A stretch of 64,000 bases of DNA from Schmidtea polychroa (Eukaryota). Positions within the stretch are counted from its first letter, which is position 1, and the number at the start of each line of letters is the position of its first letter. The stretch is taken from positions 1,924,001-1,988,000 of the forward strand of contig CM097885.1 of assembly GCA_044892525.1 (NCBI GenBank). The letters are read 5' to 3'. Of this stretch, positions 41,948 to 55,500 are shown piece after piece. Position numbers and translations under genes: made by a program. The notes beneath the pieces were generated by a model. That model saw only the letters and a list, made by a program, of their open reading frames with translations. It made no database searches and had not been told where the DNA came from.

Positions 41948-42279
41948 TTATGTACATATGAAAAATGGTTAGAAAAATAATAATGAAAAATGTTATTGCA
42001 ATCCATGCTCCAAATATTTCACATAAGCAAGCAAGCCTTGTCATTTCAAAACTAGAAAACATTTGAATAATTCAGAAAGAATTGGAGGTGATTTACAATC
42101 ATCAAAAATGGCATCTATATTATTCAAACCTTTTAGAACTGAAAAATATCCAGGTGAAAGACACCTAAAAAATAATAATTTTGTGGGGCCCAACACGCGT
42201 TTAGATATAAGATTAAATGAAAATGATATTGCAAAATCTGGGGAAGAATCCATTAATCGTGTTGATCAACGGCATATAG

Positions 42280-42990
42280 CAACGGTGGGCAAATGGGGCT
42301 CTTAGAGCCGCATGCGGCTCTTCGTTGAGTAAACTGCGGCTCATTGATAATTGAATTCTTGATAATCGAATTCGATTTTATAAATCTACATTTGCATTTT
42401 TTGTGAACCCATTTATTTGTGATATTATTGAAGATGGATTTCCAATTTCTGAAGTAATACTTGTTAAAAAAGCGGTTGGGGAATTGGAGTTATTAGATAT
42501 GAAAGAGGACCAGGCTTTGCAAATGCACCATAAATCTACTTCTATAGTTGAATTTTGGAAAGTCGTACCAGAGGCAAAATATCCACACTTAAAACAAGCT
42601 GCTTGCCGTCTAATTTCAATTTTTGGTACAACATATTGTTGTGAATCTTTGTACTCCACAATGAAGTTCGTAAAGTCGAAATATCGTTCACAGTTGACCA
42701 ATCAGCATCTTACAGAATTGCTGCGAACAGCTTTAACAAAGTATACACCAAATTTCAAAGATTTGACCAAAATTCTTCGTTAATTCAAGAAATTTTATTA
42801 CTTTTTATTAATGGATTTTTATGTTTGTTACTTAATGTTTGAAATAATTATTTTGTTTTTTTTAATAGCGTTTAAGTCTCTTTGATCAAATTAATGAAAT
42901 AAAAAAAAATATGTACTTTACTATGGTGGCTCTGTAAAAAATAAATTTTCGGAAAATGGCTCTTATTGAACCCATGCGTGCCCACCCTTG
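42280..42990 (+). mobile_element. Internally deleted hAT (Charlie/SPIN/GTF2IRD2-like) element keeping the C-terminal dimerisation domain
   Basis: TIRs CAACGGTGGGCA / TGCCCACCCTTG (11/12); perfect 8-bp TSD GCATATAG at 42272-42279 and 42991-42998; ORF EFWK..YPHLK..FGTTYCCESLYSTMK..KSKYRSQLT. Confidence 0.92.
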
Positions 42991-43465
42991 GCATATAGTC
43001 ATGATATTGCCTATCGCCAACAAGATATTAGATCAAGACCAAAGGCTGATCATTGATCTCAATCAAGACTTGAATGAAATTCCAAATCCAACTTTCCGTA
43101 AAATATAAGATAAAGCCATTGTAAAAACAGAATGATAGCAACAATTATTTTAGGTGGAGGACACGGGAGGGGTTGAGAATAATGAGTATATCAATGAACT
43201 AGAACAGCGCGAGGCGCTTGCAAACGAGTTATATAAAGAATTCAGAAAGCCAAAAAATGATTTAAAAATAAAAGCTTTTAAGAAAGATGATATTTGGTTA
43301 GCAGATTTCATTGAAATTGTCAATCTTAAAAACAATGAAAATAACAAATATATTTTAATAGTAATAGATTTGTATACAAGATATGTTTGGGCTCGACCAT
43401 TAAAAACCAAAACAGCAATTTCAATTAAAGTTGAATTTGAATTTTTATTTGAAGAAACCCTAGAG

Positions 43466-43889
43466 CAGGGGCCCTCAAACTGTTTTAAATAGGGACCCAC
43501 TAGCCAGAAGCCAGAAACTTGGCGACCCAATACAAAATTTTTTCCTTCCTTTGCAATCAACTTTATATTTACCAACTCCGACTAAAATATTTTCCCATTA
43601 AACGTATTTTAATTCCTTCAAAATTTTGCTAACAAACCCTTAATTCTTAAAGATAATTATTACAATTAATTATTCGAAATAAAAGAATAAATTTAAAAAA
43701 CACAGTTGCATTCTCGCATAAATTTAGCATATTAATGAGATGGGTGAGCTTGCATATTGCTGACTAGTTCGTTTAGTTTGTAGCAGATTGTGACGTAGTT
43801 TGTTTCATTTTTTTACAAATAGCATCCTCGCGACCCACCTGGGAAGTTTCCACGACCCACATGCGGGACCCATGGTTTGAGAATAGATG
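43466..43889 (+). mobile_element. hAT-type MITE inserted in the Polinton integrase
   Basis: Ends CAGGGGCCCTCAAAC / GTTTGAGAATAGATG; TSD CCCTAGAG / CCCTAGAT (7/8); GACCCAC subterminal repeats; the integrase resumes after it. Confidence 0.8.
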
Positions 43890-43987
43890 CCCTAGATGGA
43901 ATCCCTCGTAAATTATATGTCATAATGGCAAAGAATTTAAAATAAAATATTTGATGAATTTAGGCAAGAAAACGATATTGAAATGTA

Positions 43988-44116
43988 TTCAACATATTCA
44001 AGGTCAACATATTCAAGGTCAACATATTCAAGGTCAACATATTCAAGGTCAACATATTCAAGGTCAACATATTCAAGGTCAAAATATTCAAGGTCAACAT
44101 ATTCAAGGTCAAAATA
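43988..44116. repeat. 15-bp minisatellite (~8 copies) inside the integrase remnant
   Basis: Unit attcaaggtcaacat. Confidence 0.95.
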
Positions 44117-44769
44117 TGGTTCACATAATCCTATTGTTTAAAGATTTAATAGAACATTAAAAATTGGATGTATAAAAAAATTTACAGAACGAGCAAATAA
44201 AATCTGAATAGATGTATTACCAGAATTAATTAATAAATACAATATTAAAATTCATAGACCAATAGGAGTTACACCAAAAGAAGCAAGTGACAATCCCGAT
44301 TTAATACAGGAAATTACATATGAAAATAATAATGCTAATAATAACTTACAAGTAAAAGGAAAATGCAAAATTGATGAGAGAGTTCGAATATATAAATGGA
44401 AAAATAAATTTGAAAAAGGTGCAACACGTAAATGGAGAAGAGAAATTTTATAATTTCAGAAATATATACAACAAAACCAATAACCTACAAAATACAAGAT
44501 AGAAGTGGTGAGGAAATTCTAAGTAAATTTTATCAAAACAAATTACAATCAAATATATTTTAATAAAATTCTCCATAAAAAAGGAGAGTTGCTCCGGAAG
44601 AAAATAAATAACAACAGGGAAACCAGAATCTATTGCATACAATAATCCACCTATATGCCAGTATTAGGCCCGTTAAAGCAATCATAAGAGCATGAAGAAA
44701 CTTCATTGTTAAAGTCATTTCACTTCACCCTGCTGGTCAGCCAGCTAGTCTACTGAAATGCCTGGGCAC

Positions 44770-45405
44770 TCTCAAAGATTCATATCATAATTCATAAAGA
44801 TATGGAAAAAAAGAAAAATCATTAACCGAAAAATGTAACTGAGCAGTAACTGATAAAAGATAAACAAACTGACCTTACCGTTGAATTAAAATAATCAGTT
44901 TAAACAAATGTCAAAATTGGGTTATGTCCTCTGTTGAAACGCGCTTTTATATAGTAATTTGTTTTTCAACCTGATCAGCGGGGTCGGGCGCGTCTCCTTA
45001 GTTGCTGTTATTCCTGTTTATTAAGGTATTCCCGTCCTGATTGAATAATTTTTGTGTTTAATTTTATTTATTTATTTATTTTCTTAATTAATTTTTAATA
45101 TTTCTTTTGTCTTGGTTGGTCTTGCTCTTGTCAATATTTTTAGGCGGACGTTTTTTATTGCTTTCTTTTTTTTTAGCTAATTCTGAGTATTTTACTTTTA
45201 TTTTAATAACTGTCTTTTTTATTCTGTGTAGGTCTCATTTCGATAGATTTCGGGAGTTTCTTCATTCTATTTCCGGGTTGCTTACTAATTTTACTATTTG
45301 GTGTTTGACCATAGATTTTGATTCGACTTGGCGCGGTTTACCTGCTATGCATTTCTAACGCATTTAATTAACTTCTTCATTTATCGCCTTTAGCCCAACA
45401 TTACT
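44770..45405 (-). mobile_element. Solo LTR-like fragment with TATA box and downstream splice donor
   Basis: Minus strand cccgac...aattactatataaaagcgcg resembles the promoter at 5130-5170 (cccgac...aattactatataaggcgg); G|GTAAGG at ~44878. Confidence 0.45.
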
Positions 45406-46199
45406 CTATTAGTGAAAGGATTAAAATTTGTTATGTTGGAATTCTTATATTAAATGCGCAAATCAATAACATTCTAAAACTTATAAAAATCCAAAATTAA
45501 TAAAAATTTGAAAATCAAAATTATATATTCCGGGGGAAATTGGTATGTACGGATAGCAAACGTTGAAACGAACACAGATATAATAATATGAAACCGATGT
45601 GAGGACCCCAGAAAAGATATTTTATAAATACAAATTATTAAAAATAAATAAATAATTTATTGGTTATGTGGGAAACCCGAGGAGCAAATGAGAGGATAAT
45701 GAAATTCAGCCTCTGTTCAAAATCAATAACGATGATTAGTTTGAATTAGCGAAACGAGATCTTTGGACCAAGACGAAAGAGCGCCCGTTCCATTATATTG
45801 TTTTCCAAATTTTGTTCGATAACTAATTCAATTATCCAATGAAGTGGGATGAACAATATAAAAGTAAATGACGCAGTTGGGCAAATGCCAGTTCGTTGAA
45901 AATAGGAAACTACCATATCATGATTAAAGAGTAAAAATCATATAAAGTGTTCAAATGGATAAGAGAAAAGGCATTGTCAAATCTGATAAAAGCGGTCTCC
46001 CTTAGGGTCACCTGATTCGATTTTTATTAATTATTGACATTTAATAAAGTGTTTTGCGTTGGGTCTTATATTATTAATTGAGACAAAGAACACGTGGAGT
46101 CTGTCAGGTGTTTTCAATTGAGAGTTGAATATTTCAAAAAATTTAAGATAATTTTAAATGATAAATAATTGACTATTTAAAATAACTTTGAAAATAATT

Positions 46200-47400
46200 T
46201 TTAAAATTTTAAATTAAACAAGCTTCACAACCGGATCATTTTTAAATAAATATATTTTAAATATCGAAATTTTAATAAATTGTTTTTTTGAAATATTTTA
46301 TTCAACGCTGAAAAATTGTTTGGAAATTATACAATATTTCAGTAAATAAGTACTTGGAATTATGACGTTAACTTTTGAACCGGATTTAAAAAATAATTTA
46401 GAAGATGTTTTAGCAGTTTCTAATAGAGTCAAAGTCAGTATCGACTTAATCAATAATAACTCAACAGTTAGTTCAAAACTTGTTTCTATTTCAATATTTT
46501 ATTATTATTGTTCGTAATAAATTGTAGGGTATATTTCCTCGTTAATTTTGTTGGCAAGTGTTTCGATATCATCATTACTACTAGCGACTAGAATGCGTCT
46601 GATTTCCGGTGGCACCTCACGCATGAAGAATTCCTTAAAGAATTCGTTTGACCCGGAGTTTGTTATGTTTGGTTGTAAATACTCCAATTTTTGTTTTAAT
46701 TGTCGTAGGAAATCTGTGGACTTGTTGTCCCCTAACTGTGTATTTGCCTTCTTTTGACTTTGTTTTTGTAAGTGAGGGTGTTCCACAGTTTTACGAAAGG
46801 GTCGTCACCTTTTGATATCTCCTCTATTTGATCGGTGATTTCGTTTAGTTTGTTGGTAGGGAATGCTGCTATTATGATGGAGCATAGAGATTTTGTTGAT
46901 TTGACATAGGATAGCGCTAAGGTTAGTTTTGCGAATTCTAACCATTTCGCGGCGTTCCGTTATCGTCTGTAAAGTAGTTGTGGATATTTCTTAATGTCGT
47001 TGTTTAATGTTCTTTGTTATGCTGAAAAAATTAAGTTTATTCAATGAGTATTCTTTACTGTGTTCGCCAAAAGAGTCACTATCCTTTATAGTTCTGAAAG
47101 GCGTTTATGTCTTTCGAATTTATGTGTGTGATGAAGAAGTTTGAAGGACCCGGTAGTCACCAGTAAAAAGTGTGCGGACAACCTGGGTGCTTGTATGTAA
47201 GATGTTAGAAAAGATATGACATAACAACCAATAAAAATTACAAATTTATAAACTAAAAAATAAAACGAAGTGTGCTGCGATATAGAGTAGATGTAATATT
47301 GATATTTAGAAGAACTGAAAAAATTAAGTAAAAAATTAAAAAAAAATTAACAACATTTCGACACAACACGTTACAAATTGAGGTGGAGGATTCGATAAAG
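46200..47400 (-). mobile_element. Gypsy-type gag remnant with PBS-like TGGTGAC and adjacent LTR-like sequence
   Basis: LGDNKSTDFLRQLK..FFMREVPPEIRRILVAS..IETLANK matches the LGDxKPS..LPxxVRxIL..LA gag motif; TGGTGACTACCG on - at ~47152-47163. Confidence 0.65.
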
Positions 47401-48770
47401 AATCTTGAGCTAGAAACTTCTCCGATTAATCTTCGGAGAAATTTACCTTGGGTAAAAATCGATCTTTTGTCTTAGGATCCTTAGACTTTTAAATCTTTTT
47501 CTTGGTTATTTTTTTCTTTAGCTTTGTAATTTTTAATTCAAACACTTTCCGGGTTATATTAATTTTCTTTTAGCTTTTTATTTGTAATTTTTAATTCTTT
47601 TATTATTGATTTTTTCATATTTGTAATTTCTCTATAGGAAATTATTACTATAGAGAATTACTATATATAGTTCCTTTTATTGGTCTACTAAAAATACGTC
47701 CCGGAAAAAAAAAACGATTGTAAATTGTAATTACAAAAAATTACAGTCAATAAATTTACGCTACACCACACCTGGTATTGATTGGATGTCACTAATGCGC
47801 GTGCGTGTCTGTGTGTCTCCATACGCGCATTGTTAGCGTACACATTTATCTGCTTATATCGGATTGAATTTGCAAACGGTTTATTACGTCACTCTTTTAT
47901 CATATTTGACTAATCCGAATTTAAATGGCAGATTTATAGACTGATACTGTAGATTTTTTAATTTATTAAGATATGTTGAGGCTTGTGATGTTCCAATGAA
48001 GGCATTGAGCAGTTATCTTATAAAGAGAAAAATAAAACTTACATTGGACATTTTTAAAAAATTAATATCAAAGTAAAAAACAATAAAAAATGGATTTACA
48101 ACAACCGAAAGCGAATGAAAGCGGACAAATTGAAAGTTCTAACAATAATAGATCCGTTCTACAAAGCATCCGATTATTGGGCAAAGTCGTATTTGCCGTT
48201 TAGTTACAAAAATATCTTCGGTTTGAAATCTAAAAACATTGAGCATGGACACTCGGGAGCAAAAAGAAGTCAATATTAATAAAGAGAACATGTAAGCTCG
48301 ATCACAACCACCTGTTGATGGATATCTTAGCATCAAAACGGACCTTCATTGCACCTCTTAACCATCAATCCAATGGTATCATTCACCTTCTCCAATAGTG
48401 ACATAACATCCGTGCAATAAATTGAATTCCTTCCCAGAATCATGCACAACAATGTCTCTGCCTGCACCAACTCTCTGAAGTGCGGAATGATCTAAATAAA
48501 AGCATGACATATAAATATGAGATCATCTGTACGTCACTTGAGACCGGATATTAATGTATTCACTCAAAAAGTACTTTCTAAATTCAACTTTTCACTCTAT
48601 AACCCGGCGAAATTACACAACGGAACCCCCAATGACTGAGCATGTTGTTAAATGAGGAAAACATTACATGAAGAATAAATACTTCAATGTTAACAATTTC
48701 CAAAAAGGGATTCAATCAAGCTGCTGATCACTATCAACTGCCTGTTGTTAGATCCCTTTGAAGGATTAGT

Positions 48771-48914
48771 TACCATATATACTCGCGTATAAGCCGAGTA
48801 AATTTTAAGAGGTTTTTAAGTCCTAAATTTGAAACCCACGTATAAGTCGAAGTGGCTATTTTGACTTAAAAATTTGACGTAAATTTCTCGACTTATACGC
48901 CAGTATATACGCTA
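48771..48914. mobile_element. pogo/Tigger-type MITE
   Basis: TA-CCATATATACTCGCGTATAAGCCGAG ... CTCGACTTATACGCCAGTATATACGC-TA terminal inverted repeats. Confidence 0.8.
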
Positions 48915-50146
48915 AATATGCTGTGTTAATAAGGGTTATTCGCAGGAGTTGTGCAATGAAGCTTACAAATTCAATCCTCTGGACCGTTGAATAACGAGAG
49001 TCATGCGTCACTACGTTTGACCTTAATAAATGTGCTGAACATTGATTTTAAAGATGCTAGTTAAATTAAAACAATGTTGAGAAATTACGAATCATTTGTT
49101 AAAAGCTTATGAAAGCTTAACTTTGTTGATATAGATTCTGTTGATTGAGAACTTCTTCAAAGACTTTGAAAATGAAGAAAACAAAAACAAAAGCAATTTG
49201 GAAATCGAAATCTCTTATCTTAAGAGTTACAGGAGATAATAAATGAACAGTCGGTAAAACAAAAAAGAAAAAACGAAATGAAATTATATATTTTGACAGA
49301 TGTCAGAGATAATGTGGGAATTAGGAATGTCCAAGGGAATATGCGTGAAAGCAAGATTATTATTCATAAGTGTCAGGAAATGGCAGGGTATAAAAGAAAG
49401 CCACTAATTGCAAACTTCAGAAGAAAAATTATTTCGAGAAGTAGAATTAGAGAGGAGATTATACAAGACCGAATATTGAGAATTAGAAAATAAAAGTGAA
49501 ATAGAAACCGTATTTGAAAAAAGTTAAAACGAAACAGCAAAGGAGAAATAGAAAATGGAATATAATCGTTAAGGCAATAATCAAATTAAGAAGCAGAAAT
49601 TCTTAAAGGTCTAAGTTAAGCCAGGAAAGCAACGGGATCAATTATGTGAGATGTCAGCCACTAGCTGTAGTTAAGTGCTCATATAATTAAAGTTTCCAAA
49701 AGTGCTATTCCTCCCGAAGAGTTTGAGTTGTATTGAGTAATTGGTATCAGTGTAATCGTTATAACCATCTGTGGTATTCAATAAAGTGATATCAAATTAA
49801 ATAAATTAAATTATATATTACAGAAAATATTATTATTTTAAATTAATTTTAAATTAAAGTTATAAAGTAAAAATTTATTTTATCTAAAAAGTAATCAAAG
49901 AAAGACGTAAAAAACCTTCGAATAAAATAAATATATATATATATATAAAATAAGTCTGTAATCTTATTATATAAATGATTTCAAATATTAATATCTATAT
50001 AAATCAATTCTAATATTTAACAATAAACATAAAAATAAAAAGTATTTCAAAATTATAAAATTTAAGAAAAGAAAATTTGAACATACAAAATGTTTGAAAA
50101 TAAATTCAAGGCACAAAATAGAAATTTTTTATTTTAAAAAACTAAA

Positions 50147-50992
50147 TACAGAAATACCTCGCATAGTACGGTTTCGATCAGTACGGTTTCTCTATAGTAC
50201 GGTTTTGAAACTTTCAAAATATGATTGGATTTGAAGATCTAGATTCCGTAAACGTAATGGAATGCATTCAATCTAGCACGAAAGATCTCGATAATGAAAC
50301 ACGTATGAAAATAGACGAACAACAAGCTTATAAAGAGCTGGACGAAGACTCAGAAAACGATGAAATTGTTGAACCCCCTGCTAAAGATTTAACTGCTGAA
50401 CAGCTCAAAGAAATCATTGAAATGATCGAAAAAGTTTCGGATCATATAATGGAAGTCTAATATAGAACGCCGCATTACAATTCGTCGAACGCAATTCATT
50501 GCTACAAAGAATTGTATGAGAAGAAACGACCAAAAAAAGTTCAGACATCGTTATTGAAATTTTTAAACAATAAAAAATGAATCTAAACATTAGAATTTAA
50601 GTGAATTGCGTTTGTTAATCTTTTTTAAATTAAATTGTTGTGTTTATTTAATTTTATTTACTTGTTTTTCATCAGCTATTTTTAAAATAAATAAATTCTT
50701 TTTTTGATTTAGTTGCAATGAATTGGTATTGCCGGCTTATAAATTTCAATAAATATATATTTAAATGTACAACTGTGTTAAATATGCTTGTTTTGCTCTT
50801 GAATATCAGAAAAATAAAAATACATAACAAAATATTTTTTGTTTACTAGATTATAATCACGATTTTTAAATTTCTTAATAGGGGTCCTAAGCCGTAAATA
50901 TATTAGCGCCAGAATGCCTCGAATAGTCCGGTTTCAAATAGTACGGCTAAATTCCAGAACCGATTAACCGTACTGTTTGAGGTATTCCTGTA
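50147..50992 (+). mobile_element. Tigger/pogo-derived deleted element keeping the transposase acidic C-terminus
   Basis: TA-CAGAAATACCTCGCATAGTACGGTT ... AACCGTACTGTTTGAGGTATTCCTG-TA; ORF GFEDLDSVNVMECIQS..LDNE..; C-terminal KKVQTSLLKFL. Confidence 0.8.
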
Positions 50993-51128
50993 TTTAGAAA
51001 AATAAAAAACCCATTCCTTCAAGGAGATGTAATCTGGAAATTTGATTTAAAAAAGTAATAATTGTAATAAATTATTTATTTAATTATTTATTTTTTCATG
51101 TAAAATGTGGATTCGACAATTATTATTG

Positions 51129-51202
<74 letters not shown>

Positions 51203-51203
51203 C

Positions 51204-51283
<80 letters not shown>

Positions 51284-51284
51284 C

Positions 51285-51376
<92 letters not shown>

Positions 51377-51386
51377 TAATAATAAT
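51129..51386. repeat. (AAT)n microsatellite, left flank of the Penelope-like fragment
   Basis: Directly visible. Confidence 0.97.
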
Positions 51387-52119
51387 CAGGACATTTCACC
51401 AAAGAGTTAAAGAACATCTAGATCCTGGTGGAACATCCTCGTTGGGCAGACATCTCCGGCAGTGTCAGCCAACAGAAGAAAGAAAAAATATTTCAATAGA
51501 AATCATAGCTAATGGAAACATCCAAAAGAAAAATGTCAGAATCAAAGAAGCAATTCTCATCATAAACAGACAGCCAAAGATCAACACTAAAGAAGAAATC
51601 AATGAAATCATGAATTTGATCTGTTGTCATTGACTTTGACAATAACTGACAATATATAAAGAAATTAAAAAAAATAGAATAAATTAAAAAGTAATAATTA
51701 GAATAATATAAAAAAAAAATTTTAAAAAATAGGGTTTGAAAATCAAAATTGACACATTTATTGAAATATTTAAATAGCATATATAAGTAGTTATTGGAGG
51801 CTTTATTTAGAATATTTTCAAATATTTTATTAGGCTTCTAGAAGCTAATTATAGAAGCTGTAAAAAATTTAAAAATTTTTAGTTTGTGTCATTTTGAAAT
51901 TTTAAATGTAAAAATTTTAAAAGTTTTTAGTAAAACAATTCATTATATTTACAACCAATGAGAATTAAGAGAAAGGAAATAAAAGAAAGATTGAAAGGTA
52001 TTTTGGGGAAGAACATTGCTAAATTCCAGGAGATTGACAAGGACTATCGTATAGTCGAAAATTCTTTCATTAAATACATTATTTGCAGCAAAAGGCTTAA
52101 ATTATCATTTTATTGTTTT
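51387..52119 (+). mobile_element. 5'-truncated Penelope-like retroelement: GIY-YIG endonuclease C-terminus plus 3' pLTR, inserted in (AAT)n
   Basis: RTFHQRVKEH..SSLGRHLRQC..IEII..RIKEAILI..QPKINTKEE matches the PLE GIY-YIG C-half (R.KEH..S...H..EA..I..P.LN). AAT runs on both sides. Confidence 0.8.
52030..52068 (+). ncRNA. Hammerhead ribozyme candidate with a U3-A8 variant core
   Basis: GAGA-UUGACAA-G-GACUAU-CGU-AUAGUC-GAAA-AUUC-UUUC: compensated 3-8 pair, perfect 6-bp stem II, minimal palindromic stem III, at the position expected in a PLE pLTR. Confidence 0.55.
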
Positions 52120-52120
52120 A

Positions 52121-52204
<84 letters not shown>

Positions 52205-52205
52205 C

Positions 52206-52298
<93 letters not shown>
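52120..52298. repeat. (AAT)n microsatellite, right flank
   Basis: Directly visible. Confidence 0.97.
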
Positions 52299-52569
52299 TA
52301 AAACGAAGATTCATTGGTAGTAAAATAATTAAATTAATAAATAATGTACTAAGTTTTTATTGCAAGTTTCTTATTTAATTAAAAACAAAAATGAGAATTT
52401 TCGACTATGAAATAAACTTATTTATTATAATATTGAAAAGTATATAATAAAATTCCACGACTGGTCAATGTAGGCAAGGTGATTGCTCGCCATATATTCT
52501 CATGAAATGGCCATACTTTGTATTTCGATGGACATGAAGGACATTTTGTATTAGACTATTGCAATCAGT

Positions 52570-55500
52570 TCAGATAAGTTCCTTGGCTAAATAACTGGAT
52601 AGCTTGCTCGACTTAAGGTAATATTTTATAGAGATTACACGTGTCAGTTGCCTGAAAGATGAAGAAGCATCCTAGAAGATAACGAAATTACTATGGTGAC
52701 CACTGATATTTTTTCTGATGAACTTATTTATTCCTTCACTCAACAATGAGAATAAATAAAAAATTTAACATTATACCATTGTCGTATCTAATTCTTTACT
52801 GATTCTTCTCAACCATGTAGAGGAGCTATTAAAAGCTTGGTCAGACCACGTGGCAATACTGATGCTTATTTCGGAAAAGACTGTCAAATCATCTTCATTG
52901 CCCTCATAAACATTACACAAATGCACTAAGTCTGGGACACATTTCTCGATATCCGTTCTGAGTAAGCATCCGTTTTTTACAGCTTCTTTCATGCATGCCA
53001 TCCGATATGTCAGTGTAGGATCTTGTCTGTGTACAAGTTTCCACACCTTCAAATTGAGGATCTAGAAAGGATAAAATCAAATCCTCTCAAATCGTAATTA
53101 ATTCATATTCATACACATCATAGGTAATACTTAGCTAAATATTCTATGCGAATGATTCTCCCTTTCCTTATTCTGACGTTTCTAGCCTATGCAATTATAT
53201 TTGTGTCATTGGTGATAAAATCTGTGGCCCCGTTCCCTCCATTTACCATGTCAGTTAGTGTCAAATGCTTTATTCTTAATGGCATAAAATCCTTCATTTA
53301 ATAAAATATTGAAGACTAAATAAAATAAGCGTTTGCACTAACGCCTTGTGATCTATACCATCAACTTTTAAGATGACCACGATTACTGTGAAACGTCATC
53401 GGAATGGTCCTGCCTATCGGTCCATTGTGTCCATTAATTTGATTAATTTTAAAACAAAATAAAACAATTGTCTGATTTATTGCTGAATCCGCTGTGACCG
53501 AATTCTGTGCCACACCTATGCACATGTATTCATGCATCCATACACACACATCCACCAGCACATGCACCAGCACAGTGAACGGCAATACGATTGGATAGAA
53601 TCAATTACAATTACGTGTCAATTAGGCCCTCCACTGATCACAGATTTCATAAAATCATACACAAATTCGTTACAACTTAATTTTTATTGTGTCAAATCTG
53701 ATCCAATTTATCAGTTTTGCTTGTGCATTTGACATTTTATCATTGCACATTTGACACAATAAAATGTGAATGTCAATATCTGGCTCACAGGAAACTGGTA
53801 CACATCAGGAAATGTGAGACAAATAAATGACAATAATCCATTGCACATATTTGTGTTGATTTCAGGCTTTTAATGGATAATTATGTGTCAGCTCAGAGGG
53901 GCTAATACTTTTCAATATAACATTAGAATACTTTAACTGGAAAAAACTTGTATCAAATGCTTTTTTTCATTAAACATTGTTTATATTATTTTTCTCTTAA
54001 AGAATTGATGTAAATAAGCTATATATTTGCCTCGGCCGAATTTAATGTTTCGAAATTACACATTTTGTATTACAACCTTACCCCCATAAATGAGCTTATA
54101 CGAATGATTTTGTTTTACTCGAAATCTTATTTCAAAGTTTATGAACCAACCGAAGATGATTAAATTACATATAGTTATTAATTTAGCCAATGTTAGATAT
54201 AAAATGCCAGCAAAAATAACGGGGAGGCAATAAAATTAGCAAATTCACCAGGATTAAAATTTGGTTGTTACAAGCAATTATGATCAAGCTTTCAAGCGAA
54301 ATGAGCAGCCAGCATTTCAGTAAATCTCACTTGCTCAGAAAATATAGCCGTGAAAACTGCCCTGAAGTGGTACATGTCTTGGACGTGGGTTAAAAGGTAG
54401 TCAGCGCACTTTATCCAGAAGAAAATCAAATTGATTCGCTTCTCAGTTGATGGGGTGCTGACAATAGTGGCCATGATGAAGAGAGTTAGAGCAGTCTGTC
54501 TAATATGAAAAAAATAGATAAAAACGAACAATAAAATATATAGAAAGTTTTGTTAATGAAATGAAATTATATAGCAAATATAAAAGAGCGAGTTACAAAA
54601 CACAATAATTATATGAAAAGTGAACTGGCAAAGTTCATAATCAATAAAATCTTTTATCCCTTTTACCATTGGTCTATTTTTATTTTCCAATCAGAATACG
54701 AAATAGAAAGAGAACATGATTTGAAAATCCGACAAGTGTCGCTCACCTGATTGACAAATCACGCTGAAACACATTCGAACCCGCCAGGAAAACCGATCGA
54801 TATCCGATTTGCCAACCGGGCACCGCTGTGGAACCGATTGCAAAACACCGAATCAATTCATCGAGCAAATGCTTGCAAAACACCAAATTGTGATTGGGAC
54901 TCGACAACAGAAAACCCGCAGCCCGATTGATTGCCAATTTGTCGAATTCGTTTTGGATTTGTCCAATGTTCGGCATTTGATGATTTGCCAATGAGGCCAA
55001 CTTGATGAAACTGACCAATCCGATCGATTTCATCGCCACCAACGGCGCAGGAGTCCTGACTAATCGACCGGATTGGTCATCAAGACTGTCCAGCCCGTAG
55101 ATATCGAACCCCCGGTTGCCAGTCGAAGTATTGGGCGTGTTAGCTGTCAATGTTGCCGTGGAGTCGCGCTCTTCACTAGCAGGGAAAAATCGATTGTCCA
55201 TCGGTCGCGTCACAATTGCATTTATCGGATCTGAACGGCTTTCAAATTCAATGTATTCTGATTGGGTGACTCGCTGATTGGCCAATGATTGGCCAGTTAG
55301 CTGATTGGCCAATGATTGGCCGGTTAGCTGATTGGCCAATGCCTGACTTGCTGATTCATCCAATGAGTATTTCTTGCCACTCAAATCCACCGAGGACGCC
55401 AAATTGAGTCCAAAGAGGCTCGGCGAGCGATTTTCCGCGCTGAATCCCCTGCGTAACTGCTCGCGTTTCAGCGCCCCGTCGGTGTCCTTGACCTGGCCGT

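Larger units (their letters stand above)
41960..44540 (+). mobile_element. Decayed Polinton/Maverick (adintovirus-like) segment: PLA2-like ORF plus retroviral-type integrase, interrupted by two hAT elements and a minisatellite
   Basis: NFVGPNTRLDIRL..INRVDQ-AYSHDIAY..R.KAD (parvovirus-type PLA2 motif, rejoined across the hAT insertion). LANELYK..DDIWLADF..KYILIVIDLYTRYVWARPLK, PRKLYV.NGKEF, RFNRTLK, IGVTP, RVRI..FEKG..W are typical Polinton integrase motifs. Confidence 0.85.
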
